A stretch of 63,432 nt of DNA, the filler included, from Octopus bimaculoides (taxonomy: Eukaryota), in NCBI RefSeq assembly GCF_001194135.2. It is 9 parts of 9 records of this genome, joined end to end, with 100 filler letters (N's around TTAATTAATTAA, not from the genome) between each part and the next. Parts side by side here need not be neighbours in the genome. Positions count along the whole stretch, not along the records: positions 59,901 to 63,432 come from NC_069001.1; 8 more parts are not named here. One strand, written 5' to 3'. Shown in pieces: positions 62,319 to 63,432 of this stretch. Position numbers and translations under genes: made by a program. Numbering within the stretch: the stretch's first letter is position 1; each line of letters starts with the position of its first letter. The notes under the pieces were generated by a model. That model was given only the letters and a program-made list of their open reading frames with translations, made no database searches and was not told the DNA's origin.

Positions 62319-63311
62319 TATGTGTGTGTGTGTCCTCTACTTTTCTCTTGTAGTCATCTGCTCCTGAAAGTCCTGTTCATTGTACCAGTAGAAGCAAGAA
62401 AACTGCATGAACGCATTCGAGAGGAATCTGCAATCATATGGAGACTGTATACAAGGGATTTTGGAAATATTTTTCCTGTGATGGAAAGCAATATTATTTC
62501 ACGATAATCCCTACCTTCCTGAAGAACTCATTGGATAATGTAGCCCAAGATATGCTTTGACTGAAAATTCGACCACAACAAGCGGTCATAAATTAAATGT
62601 GTCTATCGTGGTCTGTCGACCTGTACCTGACGGCCTCGATTGTGGCCCGTCGCGCTTTATGTGTTAAAAAGCAACAACACTACTGGAACTTTGTCAAACA
62701 GCAAGATGGATAAAATATTTTATATGTGCAGGATGTGAAAGCACACCAGTTATGTATACAACGAAGCTAAGGCTGAGAAGAAGTAGGAGTGAGGGCCTTT
62801 ACGTGGTCGTTCAACTTAAACGAAGATCAGAAAATTCTCTTTCGAATTGCAGCCTCCATATTGAAATAGATAAATGCATTGGAAAATTCAGTCTTAGCTT
62901 TGGAAAAAAGACAAGATGGATACGTAGAGGTCTGCTTGAACAAGACTGGCTCGGGGCTAAACGGCAAAAGTAACATATGCAACAACGAAAATAATAACTA
63001 CATCAAAAATAGCAACAAAACCAACAAAAACAACAACAACAACAGAAACTGCAACAACAACAACGACAAGCGTAGTATTCATTTCACTGGAGTCCAGCTG
63101 AAGAACGTTTTCATATAGGCGGTGTACGAACTCACAACAGTACAGCATTTCACGAAATCTAATAAAATTCTAGTATAAATCTTTGCACACAAAAGACTTA
63201 TATAAAACGTACGGGTATAAAATAAATAAAAAATACATACATATATAATATATATATATATATATATATAATATATATATAATATAATATATATAATATA
63301 TATATAATATA

Positions 63312-63343
<32 letters not shown>

Positions 63344-63359
63344 ATATATATATAATATA

Positions 63360-63400
<41 letters not shown>

Positions 63401-63432
63401 TAATATAATATATATAATATATATATAATATA

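Overview
This is eukaryotic, AT-rich, microsatellite-saturated draft-assembly DNA with many N-gaps. The SINE families resemble the octopus tRNA-derived OK/OR1/OR2 types, so it is most likely an Octopus genome (inference). I found no intact protein-coding gene, rRNA, tRNA or CRISPR array, and almost all long ORFs in the track are translations of microsatellites or N-runs. The window is mostly old transposons: six fragments of R4/Dong-clade (restriction-like endonuclease) LINEs, one with a twin-priming-type 5' inversion and several embedded in compound microsatellites; two RTE LINE 3' ends, one carrying C2H2 zinc fingers; a CR1/L2-type 3' end; a Helitron 3' end (Pif1 helicase C-terminus, hairpin, CTAG); an internally deleted mariner; Tc1/mariner, hAT and foldback MITEs; at least four SINE families; and three Penelope-type minimal hammerhead relics. 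A few unique islands carry candidate exons and regulatory motifs (RFX X-boxes, a CRE/AP-1/E-box cluster); these are low-confidence and need RNA or conservation data. All calls were made by eye, without database searches, and boundaries are approximate unless a motif is quoted.
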